A DNA stretch of 17,930 nt from an uncultured archaeon. GTDB taxonomy: Archaea; Asgardarchaeota; Thorarchaeia; Thorarchaeales; Thorarchaeaceae. Position 1 is the first letter of the stretch. Every line of letters starts with the position of its first letter. The notes under the pieces are model-generated. The model was not told where the DNA came from and searched no databases. It saw nothing but the letters and a program-made list of their open reading frames with translations. A program made the translations under genes and the position numbers. The DNA is taken from the NCBI GenBank assembly GCA_964631415.1, contig CAZVZC010000021.1, positions 17,225 to 35,154 on the forward strand, written 5' to 3'. This document shows positions 16,295-17,930 of the stretch, piece by piece.

Positions 16295-16744
16295 CTACCT
16301 GCGTGCGCCTCTCGCGATGAAGACCATGACGAATTGCAGAACAACATACACCAAGTATACACCGGTCATCGCATTAAACATCGGGACGCCTATCCCATTC
16401 CAATCACTCAACAGGGTGGCCCCGATGACCACAATCAGCATCAACAGCCCGTTGCCTATAGGAGTGGCGACGCAGTTGAATAGACTCCACTCCTTATGCC
16501 AGACGCCATACCTGCGATCGACCTCGTAGACAGTGAATCTCACGAAGAGCCCGAATATGACGAACGCAGTGATTGTGCCAAAAGCTGCAAGAATGATCAA
16601 TGCCGAAAAGCCCAGCACGTCGTGGTAGGCCTGACCGATTGCCCAGCCGCCTACAAGTAGCCCGATACATAGAAGGTTGATGATGAGGAGCTGGAGCCTG
16701 ATGCTCGATATGTTAGAACTCTGAGTCAAGATGATATCTCCCAT
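16295..16744 (-). CDS. Hypothetical membrane protein (about 4 TM helices)
   Basis: Four hydrophobic segments. Probable ATG at 16744, about 30 nt downstream of a minus-strand TATAAA (16781-16776). The track's longer start overlaps the divergent gene. Confidence 0.7.
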   Translation of the reverse strand: MGDIILTQSSNISSIRLQLLIINLLCIGLLVGGWAIGQAYHDVLGFSALIILAAFGTITAFVIFGLFVRFTVYEVDRRYGVWHKEWSLFNCVATPIGNGLLMLIVVIGATLLSDWNGIGVPMFNAMTGVYLVYVVLQFVMVFIARGARR

Positions 16745-16773
16745 GCGAATGCTGCTCGACCCGTTTCGATGCT

Positions 16774-16784
16774 CCTTTATATCT
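16774..16784. promoter_or_regulatory. Shared TATA box of a compact divergent promoter
   Basis: TTTATAT on + (16776-16782) reads ATATAAA on -. It is the only AT-rich block between the starts at 16744 (-) and 16824 (+). Confidence 0.5.
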
Positions 16785-16823
16785 CCGTTGCCTTTGGCCC
16801 ACTCAACGCGGGAGTGAAGCGCA

Positions 16824-17579
16824 CTGGTCACATACTCTGCTGCAATTGAATCTGGGACCACAGATCTATGGTATGGCCGTTTCATCGACTTTCAGGGTAC
16901 CCATGCCCGAGCTAAGGACCGGCAGTCTTTGCTTCGTGGCCTTCAGGAGGAGCTTCTATATCACAATATCTGGTTGCAGCGTCATGGCGAAATCTCTCCG
17001 TCCATTCTAGAGCACTCTGTCATTGTCACGGAAGAGATACCCGGTATCGAAGGTCTGGGTGAGTCGGGCGGCGAGGTTGCCCTCTTCAAGTTCGATCGCA
17101 GGAGAGTGACTGGCCAGATGATGGAGGCCTCCATTCGCTTCATGGGCCACAACAGACAGGACCTACTGCGACTCGTGGGCGAGCTGACCCCTCAGCAGTT
17201 GACCTTTGTTCCTCAAGGTAAAGAGCGCGACATCACGGGTATCCTCAGACACGTCTGCAATGCGGAGGAGTTCTACATCACACGACTGGGCCATGATGCT
17301 GACTCGAGGTATGAGAGGAATGCCGGGATGACTGAAGAAGCGGTCGATCAGCTGCCTCTCTTCCAAAGACTGGAAATCGTTAGGAGGGCCTGTGTGGCGA
17401 CCTTGAGAGCGCTTGTGCCACAGAGGGGCGCCAGAGTATTCACAAGAAGGGAGTACACGACACACCCCGAGGAGCAGTGGACTGCTCACAAGGTTATGCG
17501 ACGGTTTCTGGAGCATGAGCGAGAACACTACTACAACATACGTGAGTATCTGGGGCTGCCCTTTCGTGATACCTGTTGA
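16824..17579 (+). CDS. DinB-family metal-dependent protein with an N-terminal HicB-like domain (probable CTG start)
   Basis: DinB His motifs 'ILRHVCNAE' and 'RRFLEHEREH'. The frame extends upstream of the track start (16929) as (L/M)VTYSAAIESGTTDLWYGRFIDFQGTHARAKDRQSLL to an in-frame TGA at 16815-16817. GGAG lies at 16811-16814. Confidence 0.8.
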   Translation: MVTYSAAIESGTTDLWYGRFIDFQGTHARAKDRQSLLRGLQEELLYHNIWLQRHGEISPSILEHSVIVTEEIPGIEGLGESGGEVALFKFDRRRVTGQMMEASIRFMGHNRQDLLRLVGELTPQQLTFVPQGKERDITGILRHVCNAEEFYITRLGHDADSRYERNAGMTEEAVDQLPLFQRLEIVRRACVATLRALVPQRGARVFTRREYTTHPEEQWTAHKVMRRFLEHEREHYYNIREYLGLPFRDTC

Positions 17580-17582
17580 CGA

Positions 17583-17615
17583 TTCCTTTTTCTGCAGTTC
17601 CGATGCAGGGAGGAA
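17583..17615. terminator. Hairpin with a T tract between convergent DinB genes
   Basis: TTCCT-TTTT-CTGCA / TGCAG-GG-AGGAA imperfect stem, with TTTTT directly after the + strand stop. Confidence 0.45.
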
Positions 17616-17624
17616 CAGGACAGT

Positions 17625-17930
17625 TCAGTGTTTCACACCGTAGTATGTCATCATAGTCACGGGTACGCCCGCGGTCTTCAGGTACATCCAAAGCTGCATC
17701 TTGTGCATGGCCATGTGAGTAGTTATTTCCTGCAAGTAGTCCACCCATCGCTTCGGAGGCCCCTGTTCATAGAACGGTTTGAGCTTCGGCTCCAAGGCTT
17801 CCTTGTCCGTCATTGCCTTGAGGCGCTTGACCACCAGTTCAACACCCTCGTCAAAGACCTTCAGGATGTCAGCGACAGATTCACGATTCAGGTCCTTCTC
17901 CATCGCCTGAGCCTGTTCGGGCTTGGTGAT
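17625..17930 (-). CDS. DinB-family protein, C-terminal part (5'-truncated by the window edge)
   Basis: 'THMAMHKMQLWMYLKTAG' matches the DinB C-terminal HxxxH..QL..YL..G pattern. Frame is open to the window end (ITKPEQAQAMEK...). Confidence 0.8.
   Translation of the reverse strand: MTKPEQAQAMEKDLNRESVADILKVFDEGVELVVKRLKAMTDKEALEPKLKPFYEQGPPKRWVDYLQEITTHMAMHKMQLWMYLKTAGVPVTMMTYYGVKH

Noticed and set aside
1-17930. CRISPR arrays, IS elements, integrases, rRNA or tRNA genes
   Set aside because: I saw no regularly spaced repeats, transposase or recombinase motifs, or recognisable stable RNA genes.

Overview
Archaeal chromosomal window of moderately high GC. An Asgard (Thorarchaeia-like) origin is my inference from gene content and protein style, not something the sequence proves. 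The left part holds a partial AEC-family transporter, a small coiled-coil protein, and a divergent locus in which a NikR-family regulator heads a ZnuCB-type ABC ATPase and permease, opposite an atypical ZnuA/TroA-type binding protein. The centre is the conserved archaeal proteasome-exosome superoperon (psmA, SBDS, rrp4, rrp41, rrp42, rpl37ae, Brix/Imp4-like, pcc1, pfdB, DUF3194-like, DHH phosphoesterase), followed by an ECF module (A, A', T) with no S component. The right part holds accessory genes: a TPR-tail protein, two hypothetical proteins, a HicB-like/DinB fusion and a partial second DinB. The most notable unexplained signals are a compact three-way-junction RNA with an alternative pairing upstream of rpl37ae, a long hairpin right after rrp42, a multi-hairpin element at 15413-15533, a NikR-linked transporter with altered metal ligands, a divergent proteasome alpha subunit, and two probable CTG start codons that the ORF track missed. 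All RNA structures were paired by eye, not computed.
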